Source: an uncultured Eubacteriales bacterium | GTDB lineage: Bacteria > Bacillota > Clostridia > Christensenellales > UBA1242 | Reading direction: 5' to 3' | Assembly: GCA_902476355.1 (NCBI GenBank) | Contig: CABSCS010000007.1 | Location: 3,503 to 67,502 of the forward strand | DNA: 64,000 nt | Program-made: the position numbers and the translations under genes | Shown: piece after piece, positions 17,765 through 25,459 of the stretch | How positions within the stretch are numbered: position 1 is the stretch's first letter | Layout: each line of letters opens with the position of its first letter | The notes under the pieces: model-generated | Seen by the model: only the letters and a program-made list of their open reading frames with translations | Databases searched by the model: none | What the model was told of the DNA's origin: nothing

Positions 17765-17793
17765 ATTATATAACCCTTTCACGCATTTTTCAA
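17765..17793 (-). promoter_or_regulatory. promoter abutting the ATG (leaderless transcript predicted)
   Basis: Minus strand: TTGAAA-17 nt-TATAAT-agtggc-ATG. Confidence 0.55.
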
Positions 17794-18041
17794 GATACAA
17801 GTTTTGATTTTTTGCGGAAGTGGAATAATGGTAATGTCTTAATGTTTGGTTGTGGCGTCTTTTTATTGATTTTTATTTGATTCGGTGTGAATAAACGATT
17901 ATTTAAAGATGGTGCCTTTTCGTGATTCTTTATTATGTCACTTTTACATCATTGTATTTTTTCTCTTTGCAAATCACAAAATATCCAAATACTTTTTCGC
18001 TCTTCACCAATCACTATTGATTAAAACATTAAAGAACTTCT

Positions 18042-18069
18042 TCACTATTCACTAATCACTATTCACTAA
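18042..18069. repeat. perfect 14-nt tandem repeat x2 (TCACTATTCACTAA)
   Basis: 18042-18055 is identical to 18056-18069. A partial third copy, tcactattga, lies at 18011-18020. Confidence 0.9.
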
Positions 18070-18100
18070 AAAAACTCCCACCCAAATGGGTGAGAGTTTT
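18068..18100 (-). terminator. rho-independent terminator directly after the tRNA-Glu 3' fragment
   Basis: Minus strand: ctctcaccc-attt-gggtgggag followed by T7. Confidence 0.65.
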
Positions 18101-18103
18101 ATG

Positions 18104-18129
18104 TTTGGTAGTCCCAAGGAGAGTCGAAC
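18104..18129 (-). repeat. orphan copy of the tRNA-Glu 3' end (T-loop to CCA plus 2-3 flanking nt); att-like direct repeat
   Basis: tttggtagtcccaaggagagtcgaac is identical to 18408-18433. Sequence 5' of the T-loop cannot form a T-stem or any other tRNA arm. Confidence 0.85.
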
Positions 18130-18372
18130 AGAGATGGTTCCGCCTCTCTGACGAGCCGGCGGAACCTATATCCGCATCTTCACTCGCCTTTTTGGCTAAA
18201 AAAAACAACCAAGAACCTCAATGTAACGCAAGATACAACCCAAGAACCCTGTTTGGTGTTTTTGTCTCAAAAATTCGGGCGAACCTGCTGTGTTAGTTCT
18301 CACTTTGGTTAAAAGTGGAAAAATAAAAGAGTGTCCTGTGATTATTTGCTGGCAACTCTGTTTGAAAATATG

Positions 18373-18405
18373 CAAAAATAAAAGCACATCAGAAGATGTG
18401 CTTTA
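18373..18405 (-). terminator. terminator hairpin immediately after tRNA-Glu
   Basis: Minus strand: aaagcacatc-ttct-gatgtgcttt then tattttt. Confidence 0.6.
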
Positions 18406-18409
18406 TTTT

Positions 18410-18484
18410 TGGTAGTCCCAAGGAGAGTCGAACTCCTCACTTCGCCGTGAAAGGGCGATGTCTTAACCGATTGACCATGGGACC
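18410..18484 (-). tRNA. tRNA-Glu (anticodon UUC), CCA encoded
   Basis: Reverse complement GGTCCCATGGTCAATCGGTTAAGACATCGCCCTTTCACGGCGAAGTGAGGAGTTCGACTCTCCTTGGGACTACCA folds as a cloverleaf. Anticodon loop is CT-TTC-AC. Confidence 0.9.
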
Positions 18485-18490
18485 ATATTG

Positions 18491-18567
18491 TGGTAGCGGC
18501 TGTGGGATTTGAACCTACGACCTACTGGGTATGAACCAGGCGCTCTAGCCAACTGAGCTAAGCCGCC
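18491..18567 (-). tRNA. tRNA-Met, elongator type (anticodon CAU), CCA encoded
   Basis: Reverse complement GGCGGCTTAGCTCAGTTGGCTAGAGCGCCTGGTTCATACCCAGTAGGTCGTAGGTTCAAATCCCACAGCCGCTACCA. It lacks initiator hallmarks (no 1:72 mismatch, no GGG/CCC anticodon stem). Anticodon loop is TTCATAC, as in elongator Met. Confidence 0.85.
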
Positions 18568-18595
18568 ATTTGATTGAATTTTTCAACGCTTTCAC

Positions 18596-18624
18596 ATTTT
18601 ATTATAAAATCGCCCATTTGTCAA
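18596..18624 (-). promoter_or_regulatory. promoter of the tRNA-Met/Glu unit
   Basis: Minus strand: TTGACA-17 nt-TAAAAT, about 30 nt upstream of tRNA-Met. Confidence 0.55.
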
Positions 18625-18818
18625 CACATTTGGGCAAATTTCTTTTTCTTTTTTTGTGCGCAAAGAAAAAGGAGTGAATACAACTCTATTTTGTCAGAAA
18701 ATTGAAAGAAATGGAAGCACTTTTTGTTGCTTGTTTCAAACTTTATGCATAATAAACAAAAAATCCAAAACCCCATTGGCTGTTTGTTTAAAAATGCGAA
18801 AAGGACTATAATGAAATC

Positions 18819-19673
18819 ATGGAAATTATAGACGGAAAAACTATTGCACAGGAAATTAAGCAATCGGTTCAAAAAGAAGTTCAAAAAGAATTTATTGATA
18901 AAGGCAAAAAAGTTCCAGTTCTTGCTTGCGTTATTGTAGAGGGGAATAAGGCAAGTGAAGTGTATGTTGCTTCAAAACAAAAGGCTTGCACTTTTTGCAA
19001 CATGGAGTCGCGCGTTGTAAGGCTTCCAGAAGATGTTTCAGAAGAAAAATTGTTTGAGACATTGGATGAATTGAATGAAGACGAAGATGTTTCAGGAATC
19101 CTGCTTCAACTTCCACTTCCAAATGGGCTTGACAGCGTGAAGGCAACAAATCGCATTTCGCCAAAGAAAGATGTTGACTGTTTGACATTTGAAAATCTTG
19201 GTGCGCTTTTTTCAGCAAAAAAAGTGATTGCACCTTGCACGGCAACTGGAATTATTAAAATGCTTAAACATGAAAACATTGAAATTTCTGGAAAGCGTGC
19301 GGTTGTAATTGGGCGCAGTTTGCTTGTTGGCAAAAGCGTTGCAAACCTTCTTGAACAAGAAAATGCAACAGTTACAATTTGCCACAGCAGAACCCAAAAT
19401 ATGCAAGAAATTACAAAACAAGCCGACATTTTGGTTGTTGCGATTGGAAAGCCAAAATATGTGACCGAAGACTATGTGAAAGACGGCGCAGTTGTGATTG
19501 ATGTTGGCATAAACCGAACCGAAAACGGACTTGTTGGCGATGTTGATTTTGATGGTGTTAAGGACAAATGCAGTTTCATTTCGCCAGTTCCGGGTGGCGT
19601 TGGCCCACTTACGGTTGCATGCCTAATGGAAAACACACTTTTGCTTCATAAAGAAAGACACAAAGGAGAATGA
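18819..19673 (+). CDS. folD: bifunctional methylenetetrahydrofolate dehydrogenase/cyclohydrolase
   Basis: MEIIDGKTIAQEIK.., ILLQLPLP, and GRSLLVGKSVANLL..NATVTICHSRT are typical FolD blocks. Confidence 0.9.
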   Translation: MEIIDGKTIAQEIKQSVQKEVQKEFIDKGKKVPVLACVIVEGNKASEVYVASKQKACTFCNMESRVVRLPEDVSEEKLFETLDELNEDEDVSGILLQLPLPNGLDSVKATNRISPKKDVDCLTFENLGALFSAKKVIAPCTATGIIKMLKHENIEISGKRAVVIGRSLLVGKSVANLLEQENATVTICHSRTQNMQEITKQADILVVAIGKPKYVTEDYVKDGAVVIDVGINRTENGLVGDVDFDGVKDKCSFISPVPGGVGPLTVACLMENTLLLHKERHKGE

Positions 19674-19674
19674 T

Positions 19675-20505
19675 ATGAGTTACGCAGATAAAGTTTTTGT
19701 AAAGAACATTAAAGATATTTTGAAATATGGTGTCACAGACAACGACCGCGAGGTTCGCCCTAAATGGCTTGACGGAACCCCTGCGCACACAATCAAAAAG
19801 TTTTGCATTGTGAACCGCTATGACCTTTCAAAGGAATTTCCAATTATCACCATTCGCAAAACCAACTATAAAAATTGCATTGATGAACTTCTTTGGATTT
19901 GGCAAAAAAAGAGCAATAATATTCATGACCTTGCAAGCCATATTTGGGACAGTTGGGCAGACGAAAACGGAACAATTGGAAAGGCCTATGGCTATCAACT
20001 TGGCGTTAAACACAAATATAAAGAAGGCATGTTTGATCAGGTTGACAGAGTGATTTTTGACCTTAAAAACAATCCAACTTCTCGCCGAATTATGACAAAC
20101 ATTTATAATCATCATGATTTGAGCGAAATGGCACTTTATCCTTGTGCATATTCAATGACTTTTAACGTTACTGGCAACAAACTCAATGCAATTTTGAACC
20201 AACGTTCACAAGACATGCTTACAGCAAACAACTGGAATGTTTGTCAATATGCTGTTTTGGTTCACATGCTTGCACAGGTTGCGGGGCTTGAAGTTGGTGA
20301 ATTTGTTCATGTTATTGCCGACGCGCATATCTATGATCGTCACATTCCAATTGTGAAAGAGATTATCAAACAAAAACAATATAAAGCGCCAAAGTTTGAA
20401 ATTGACAAAAACATTAAAGATTTCTATGATTTTAAAGTTGACAGTTTTAATTTTAAAGACTATAAATATAACACTAAAAAATATAAAATCGAAGTTGCGG
20501 TATAG
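19675..20505 (+). CDS. thyA: thymidylate synthase
   Basis: ThyA blocks: ELLWIW, YGYQL, RRIM(T)N, LYPCAYSMTFNV, QRSQDM. Confidence 0.9.
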   Translation: MSYADKVFVKNIKDILKYGVTDNDREVRPKWLDGTPAHTIKKFCIVNRYDLSKEFPIITIRKTNYKNCIDELLWIWQKKSNNIHDLASHIWDSWADENGTIGKAYGYQLGVKHKYKEGMFDQVDRVIFDLKNNPTSRRIMTNIYNHHDLSEMALYPCAYSMTFNVTGNKLNAILNQRSQDMLTANNWNVCQYAVLVHMLAQVAGLEVGEFVHVIADAHIYDRHIPIVKEIIKQKQYKAPKFEIDKNIKDFYDFKVDSFNFKDYKYNTKKYKIEVAV

Positions 20506-20514
20506 GAGTAAAAT

Positions 20515-21015
20515 ATGAATTTTATTGTCGCAGTAAGTGCGGATTTTGCAATTGGAAAAGACAACAATTTGCTGTTTTCTCTTCCAAAAGACCTTGCATA
20601 TTTCAAAGAACACACATTAAACAAAGTTGTTGTAATGGGAGACAGAACCTATTTTTCTCTTCCAAGACGTCCACTTCCAAAGCGCACAACAATTGTGATG
20701 ACTTTTGATAAAAATTTTCATGAAGAGGGTGTGACAGCGGTTCATTCGCTTGAAGAACTTTCAACCGAACTTAAAAAATATGACAGCAACGATGTTTGGG
20801 TTTGCGGTGGCGCAAGCATTTATAACCTTTTGATGGACTATTGCGAATATGGATATATCACAAAAGTTCAAAAAATTGTAGAGGCAGACACCTATATCAA
20901 TAACGTTGACAAAAAAGAAAATTGGGAACTTTTGAAAAAAGGTGAAATCCAGTCGGAAAATGGCCTTGAATATTCTTTTGATGTTTATGAAAATAAAGAT
21001 GTGAAAGAACTTTAA
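20515..21015 (+). CDS. folA: dihydrofolate reductase
   Basis: NFIVAVSADFAIGKDNNLLFSLPKDLAYFKEHT..VVMGDRTY.SLP..PLP.R. Follows thyA. Confidence 0.85.
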   Translation: MNFIVAVSADFAIGKDNNLLFSLPKDLAYFKEHTLNKVVVMGDRTYFSLPRRPLPKRTTIVMTFDKNFHEEGVTAVHSLEELSTELKKYDSNDVWVCGGASIYNLLMDYCEYGYITKVQKIVEADTYINNVDKKENWELLKKGEIQSENGLEYSFDVYENKDVKEL

Positions 21016-21034
21016 TGTTTAGCGAAAAATAGAA

Positions 21035-21064
21035 AGAGAAATTGGAAAATTTCTCTTTTTTTTC
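21035..21064 (+). terminator. rho-independent terminator
   Basis: agagaaatt-ggaa-aatttctct followed by T8. Confidence 0.75.
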
Positions 21065-21123
21065 TTATATTGTTTGTGGGTTTGCGAATATTTATATATA
21101 ATAGAAAAAAAGGAAGGAAAAAC

Positions 21124-21672
21124 ATGTCTGAACATAAAGTTATAATTTTGGTTGGCCCTGGTGGTGTTGGAAAAAGCACAATTTCACAATATTTGTGCTC
21201 GCATTTTCCAGATGAATTTCAAGAAACAGTTTCTTGCACAACAAGAGCAATCCGAAAAGGTGAAGTTGACGGCGTTCACTATCATTTCATAAGCGAAAGT
21301 GAGTTTGCAGAAAAAATCAAAAACAATGAGTTTTTGGAATATAATTTGTTTCCAAACGGAAACATGTATGGCACACTTTTTAGCGAGGTGGACAATATTT
21401 TAAAAACCAAAAACTGCATTTTGGTTATCGACCCGTTCACCGCAATGGAAATGAAATCTAAAATGCCAAACAACAAAGTTGTTACAATTTTTCTTGATAT
21501 TGATGATGATAGTTTAATCTCGCGTCTCAAAAAACGTGGCGATGATGAGGGGGCAATCATGCAAAGAATTTTGATTGCTCATGAAGAGAGAAACGCAAAG
21601 GGAAAGTGTGACTATGCCCTTATGGCAGACAATGTTGAAAAAACCGCAAATATCATTCATCTTCTTGTATAA
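21124..21672 (+). CDS. gmk: guanylate kinase
   Basis: The ATG at 21124 follows aaaggaagg. P-loop GPGGVGKST, then SCTTRAIRKGEVDGVHYHFIS. Confidence 0.8.
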   Translation: MSEHKVIILVGPGGVGKSTISQYLCSHFPDEFQETVSCTTRAIRKGEVDGVHYHFISESEFAEKIKNNEFLEYNLFPNGNMYGTLFSEVDNILKTKNCILVIDPFTAMEMKSKMPNNKVVTIFLDIDDDSLISRLKKRGDDEGAIMQRILIAHEERNAKGKCDYALMADNVEKTANIIHLLV

Positions 21673-21699
21673 AACATGTCAAATTTGTGTTAAAAATAC

Positions 21700-21736
21700 A
21701 AAATAAGAACCACCAAATTTTGGTGGTTCTTTTTTA
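21700..21736. terminator. bidirectional terminator
   Basis: gaaccacca-aattt-tggtggttc with flanking A and T runs. Confidence 0.75.
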
Positions 21737-21740
21737 TCTA

Positions 21741-22289
21741 TTATCTGAAAAATTCTAGTCCGTTTAAAATGATTGTTTTAATGTTCTCACGAGTTTTTTC
21801 ATCGTTTGGAATGTATCCCTTGATGATTTTTTTCGAATAATAAAGCGCTGTAACTCTTACATAGTCCCAAATCAAATATAACATGTCGTCTGAAAGATTC
21901 TTTTTAAAAAGAGATTTTGCAGCAACCAATGTTTCTGCTGAATATGAGCAGTTGATTGGGCTTTTGATTGAATGAAGATATGAAGTGTAGAAAAGTGTTT
22001 CATTTTTGTTTTCAATGAAGCGGTCAAGACAAGAGTTGTAAATGAAAGTTGAATCATTTCCTCGCATGATAAGGTCTTTCAAAAATTGAAGATGTCCATG
22101 ACGAATTGTTTGTGCAATCTCATCAATAAGTTCTTGCATAGATTTAAAGTTTTCATAGATTGTGTGTGTTGAAATGTCACAAGCAGAGGCAACTGTTCTT
22201 GCAGAAATTGCATTGAAGCCTTTTTCTGCGCCAATTTGGAGAGTTGCTTCCAATATCTTTTCCCTTACATTTTCAAGTTTTCTGAACAT
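21741..22289 (-). CDS. TetR/AcrR-family transcriptional regulator
   Basis: The N-terminal HTH ILEATLQIGAEKGFNAISARTVASACDISTHTIYENF is typical of TetR_N. Confidence 0.8.
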   Translation of the reverse strand: MFRKLENVREKILEATLQIGAEKGFNAISARTVASACDISTHTIYENFKSMQELIDEIAQTIRHGHLQFLKDLIMRGNDSTFIYNSCLDRFIENKNETLFYTSYLHSIKSPINCSYSAETLVAAKSLFKKNLSDDMLYLIWDYVRVTALYYSKKIIKGYIPNDEKTRENIKTIILNGLEFFR

Positions 22290-22410
22290 TTTAAATCCCC
22301 CTTATATGAAGTAGTATATTTATAAATAAAAAAAACACAAGCAATTTTCGCAAGTTTGTTGCAAATATCACTAGTGTTTTAAACTTTTGTTCAAAATTTA
22401 CAAAAATATG

Positions 22411-23316
22411 TTATTTTTCTTGTTCTTCTTCGGCATCTTTTTTGATTTCGGCACAGGTTTTCATTTGACTTTGTGTGTCTTCAAAATCTGAAAGTGCGCT
22501 CAAAATGCGTTTGCAAAGTTCAATCTCATTTTTGTCAAGTTCTTCTTGCTCGTCAAATTTGGTTTTTTGTTTGTTTCTTGAAAAAAGATTTTTTATTGCT
22601 TGAAGATTTCTTGCACATTTAACTTGGCGGTTGAATTTTTTTGTCACATTTTTATAAAGCCCGTCAACTTTTGAAAGTTGCCCTTCAATATATTCTGCAT
22701 TTTCATATTCTTGTGTCATTGCTTTTTTGCTGAATTTGTAAAGATATTTGCGATATAGTGGAATGTTGTCATCTTTGTCAACATTGTTGTTTGTTGTGAG
22801 CATAATGCCAAGGTCTTCGGCAATAACGCCATAGCAAAAGTCAAGGGCAGAAATATCTTCCACAAGGTCGCAGAGTTGATGTTCGGTTGGAACTCTTTTT
22901 CCGTTATAGTCGCGGGTATAGTTGCTTTTTGAAAAATTTATTTTTGTTGTTGCTGCAAAAATACTGTTTGCAACTGCACCATATACCATGTCTGGGTCAT
23001 TGCTTGTTGGGCTGTTGAAAAAATCTTCATCATAGTAGATATCACGACCCTTGAAAAGCGCCATTGCTGCTTCCATGCGGTTTTTCATGATTAGGGTATA
23101 TTCATCGTCTTCATAGTTTTTTTCAACGGCAGAAAGAAACTCTTTAATGCTAATGCGGTTGATTGGCTTGTCAAAAGATTCGGCCTCATCAAGTGCAACA
23201 AGGCAAAGATATGCATCAAAGGCGTCACGTCTGAAAGAAAGCAAAGTTCTTTGTTCTTTTTCGGTTAAATTTCTTCTTCTGCAAAAAGTTTTCATTTCAA
23301 CAATATTATAAAACAT
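22411..23316 (-). CDS. hypothetical protein (301 aa)
   Basis: Long ORF with RBS ggagaag. No motif recognised. Acidic/Lys-rich C-terminal tail. Confidence 0.6.
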   Translation of the reverse strand: MFYNIVEMKTFCRRRNLTEKEQRTLLSFRRDAFDAYLCLVALDEAESFDKPINRISIKEFLSAVEKNYEDDEYTLIMKNRMEAAMALFKGRDIYYDEDFFNSPTSNDPDMVYGAVANSIFAATTKINFSKSNYTRDYNGKRVPTEHQLCDLVEDISALDFCYGVIAEDLGIMLTTNNNVDKDDNIPLYRKYLYKFSKKAMTQEYENAEYIEGQLSKVDGLYKNVTKKFNRQVKCARNLQAIKNLFSRNKQKTKFDEQEELDKNEIELCKRILSALSDFEDTQSQMKTCAEIKKDAEEEQEK

Positions 23317-23366
23317 ATTTCTTCTCCATATATATCCATTTTACACCAAAACATGCTTGTTTTCAA
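23317..23366 (-). promoter_or_regulatory. promoter plus 21-nt 5'UTR cassette (shared with the 25460..26716 gene)
   Basis: Minus strand: TTGAAA-17 nt-TAAAAT-GGATATATATGGAGAAGAAAT-ATG. Confidence 0.55.
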
Positions 23367-23545
23367 GATGCAAAACCGATTTTATTGCATATGTTTGCAT
23401 GTTTGCGGTTTTTGTAGCATTTTTGCTTGCTTTTGATATTGAAATGGTGCATTTTTCGCAAAATCATGGTAAAATTGATGAAAAAATTGTGTAAAAATTG
23501 ATGAATATTTGTTGTTTTTTAGTCTGTTGGTTTTGTTAAATCTGC

Positions 23546-23574
23546 TTTACAATAAACCTGAAATTTGATATAAT
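23546..23574 (+). promoter_or_regulatory. sigma-A-type promoter of ndk
   Basis: TTTACA-17 nt-TATAAT. Confidence 0.55.
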
Positions 23575-23604
23575 GTTTACAGTTTAAAAATCAAGGAGAA
23601 AACT

Positions 23605-24033
23605 ATGAAACAAACATCTTATGTAATGGTGAAACCAGGCTTTGCAAACAACGATAAAGTTGTTGCTGAAGTGAAGAAAAGACTCAAAGAAAATGGAATT
23701 TCAATTTTGGAAGAAGGCTTCATTCGCTATGATGAAGCACACGCAAAAAGACACTATCATGAACATGTTGGCAAATCTTTCTATCCAGGACTTGAAGCAT
23801 ATATCACAAGCGATAAAGCCTATGGAATGAAGGTTGAAGGCGAAGATGCAATTGCACGCATTCGTGCTCTTGCTGGTTCAACAAAAAATCCAGAGCCAGG
23901 AACAATCAGATATGACATTCCTGAAATGCTTGGAATTGAAAGAAGAATCACTGAAAATGTTGTCCATTCATCTGACAGTGAAGAAGCAGCAAAACTTGAA
24001 CTTGCAATCTTCAAGGAACTTCTTAAAAAATAG
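23605..24033 (+). CDS. ndk: nucleoside-diphosphate kinase
   Basis: ..YVMVKPGF.., ..RHYHEH.., ..NVVHSSDSEEAA.. (active-site His block). Confidence 0.8.
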   Translation: MKQTSYVMVKPGFANNDKVVAEVKKRLKENGISILEEGFIRYDEAHAKRHYHEHVGKSFYPGLEAYITSDKAYGMKVEGEDAIARIRALAGSTKNPEPGTIRYDIPEMLGIERRITENVVHSSDSEEAAKLELAIFKELLKK

Positions 24034-24040
24034 TTTTCGA

Positions 24041-24068
24041 AAGTTGCCATTTTGGGCAACTTTTTTTA
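24041..24068 (+). terminator. rho-independent terminator
   Basis: agttgcc-attttg-ggcaact followed by T7. Confidence 0.75.
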
Positions 24069-24240
24069 TGCATAAAAAATCAGAAAAAACGCAAAAAAAT
24101 CAAATTTGCCCTTAAATTTTGTGCAAAACAACAGAATTTTTTGATTTTGCAATAAAATATTGTGTTTTTGAAATTTGTTTGCTATAATATATCAATATTG
24201 AAGCGAAAAAAAGCAAAAATAATTGTGGAGGAAGAAAAAA

Positions 24241-24837
24241 ATGATATATGTTGTGAAAAATTTTAATAAAATCAGCGAGAAGAGAATTGAAACTTTATAT
24301 GACAAACTTCCTCGAAGCATTAAAAAGAAAGCAAATGCAAGAAAAGGAACACCGGCTTTTCGTCCAACAGTGATGGAATATTATGTTGTAAAGCAACAAC
24401 TTGACCTTGAAGATGGAACTGATTTTTCATATAACAAAAATGGAAAACCAAGTGTTAAAGGCAAAAAATATTTTTCAATTGCACACGATGATGATGTTTT
24501 GGCTGTTGCAGTTTCAATCTATGAAATTGGTGTTGACGTTAGAAAGAAAATAAAGTTCACACAAAAACTTGCAAAAGAAATTTGCAACAAAGAAGAGTTT
24601 GAACAAGTGATGAACGCAGAAGACCAAGCACTTGAACTTACAAAAATTTGGACAAAAAAAGAAAGTTTTGTAAAAATGAAAGGTGCAAGCATTGCACAGT
24701 TCGACATTAAAACCATTCTTGAAAATGCAAAAGACTGCATGTTCAATTTCAAGTTCGAGGATGACAGTGTTGTTTGCGAATGCATCAACCACGAATCAAC
24801 TGAAAAAAGACCAAGAAAAACTGCTGTGAAAAAATAG
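24241..24837 (+). CDS. 4'-phosphopantetheinyl transferase (Sfp-type)
   Basis: FSYNKNGKPSV, FSIAHDDDVLAVAVS..IGVDV, and WTKKESFVKMKG motifs. The ATG at 24241 follows GGAGG. Confidence 0.7.
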   Translation: MIYVVKNFNKISEKRIETLYDKLPRSIKKKANARKGTPAFRPTVMEYYVVKQQLDLEDGTDFSYNKNGKPSVKGKKYFSIAHDDDVLAVAVSIYEIGVDVRKKIKFTQKLAKEICNKEEFEQVMNAEDQALELTKIWTKKESFVKMKGASIAQFDIKTILENAKDCMFNFKFEDDSVVCECINHESTEKRPRKTAVKK

Positions 24838-24870
24838 AAAAGTCCACACCAAATTTGGTGTGGTTTTTTG
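24836..24870 (+). terminator. rho-independent terminator
   Basis: ccacacc-aaattt-ggtgtgg followed by T6. Confidence 0.75.
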
Positions 24871-24972
24871 TTGCTTTTTTCAAGAAAAATCATATGTTTT
24901 TTAAGGGTGCATATTGACTTTGACCCTCTGCTATGTTATCATGATTATAACAATATTTGTGGGGGAAAAATA

Positions 24973-25389
24973 ATGAAAAATTGTATCAGTATTGATGATT
25001 TGTTTGTCGCCGATGTGAAATATTGCATCGACCGCAGAGAAGCATATCCAGGAGAGGAAAAGGGCATGGCTGTTGGCGACCTTATTGAAAAAAATGCAAT
25101 TGTTTTGCGTTTTAACGACAGATATATTCCTTTCTATCTGATTTCAAATGAAAGCGACTTTGACAAGATTCTTCAATATTCAGCAAATGGAAATGTTGAA
25201 AGATGTGGCAAACGCGCAATGGCAGAGTTTCCTGCCGAAATTGGCGACAACTATGTTGTGAATGTTGGCGCTTTGCTTTTAGAGGGTGACCACACCTATG
25301 TTGGCTATGAAGACATTAAAGCCATCGACGACGAGTGGGGAAAACTTGTTGGCGAAGAAGACTATTCTGTTGTCCAATATGAACTTTAA
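24973..25389 (+). CDS. hypothetical protein (138 aa)
   Basis: The ATG at 24973 follows gggggaaaaata. Upstream promoter TTGACT-17-TATCAT. No motif recognised. Confidence 0.55.
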   Translation: MKNCISIDDLFVADVKYCIDRREAYPGEEKGMAVGDLIEKNAIVLRFNDRYIPFYLISNESDFDKILQYSANGNVERCGKRAMAEFPAEIGDNYVVNVGALLLEGDHTYVGYEDIKAIDDEWGKLVGEEDYSVVQYEL

Positions 25390-25398
25390 TTTGCAAAG

Positions 25399-25431
25399 AA
25401 AAATACAGGTTTGTTGACCTGTATTTTTTTA
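25399..25431. terminator. terminator between convergent genes
   Basis: aaatacaggt-ttgttg-acctgtattt followed by T run. Confidence 0.75.
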
Positions 25432-25459
25432 TGCGTATTTTCGGTTTTTAATTTGATTT

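Noticed and set aside
18104-18407. Possibility that the ~300-nt segment ending in a tRNA-like ...GTTCGACTCTCCTTGGGACTACCA is a tmRNA (ssrA) gene
   Set aside because: No 5' strand complementary to the acceptor 3' strand is present. The acceptor would lack the G3:U70 Ala identity pair. The sequence 5' of the T-loop (atctctG) cannot form a T-stem. No plausible resume codon or tag reading frame ending in hydrophobic residues plus a stop is visible. The terminal 24 nt are simply identical to the neighbouring tRNA-Glu, which fits an att duplication better.
18585-18818. ZTP/THF-type riboswitch in the 230-nt region upstream of folD
   Set aside because: I could not find the conserved ZTP (pfl) or THF motif cores. 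The region is largely occupied by the divergent tRNA promoter and AT-rich sequence. It would need a covariance-model scan to exclude this formally.
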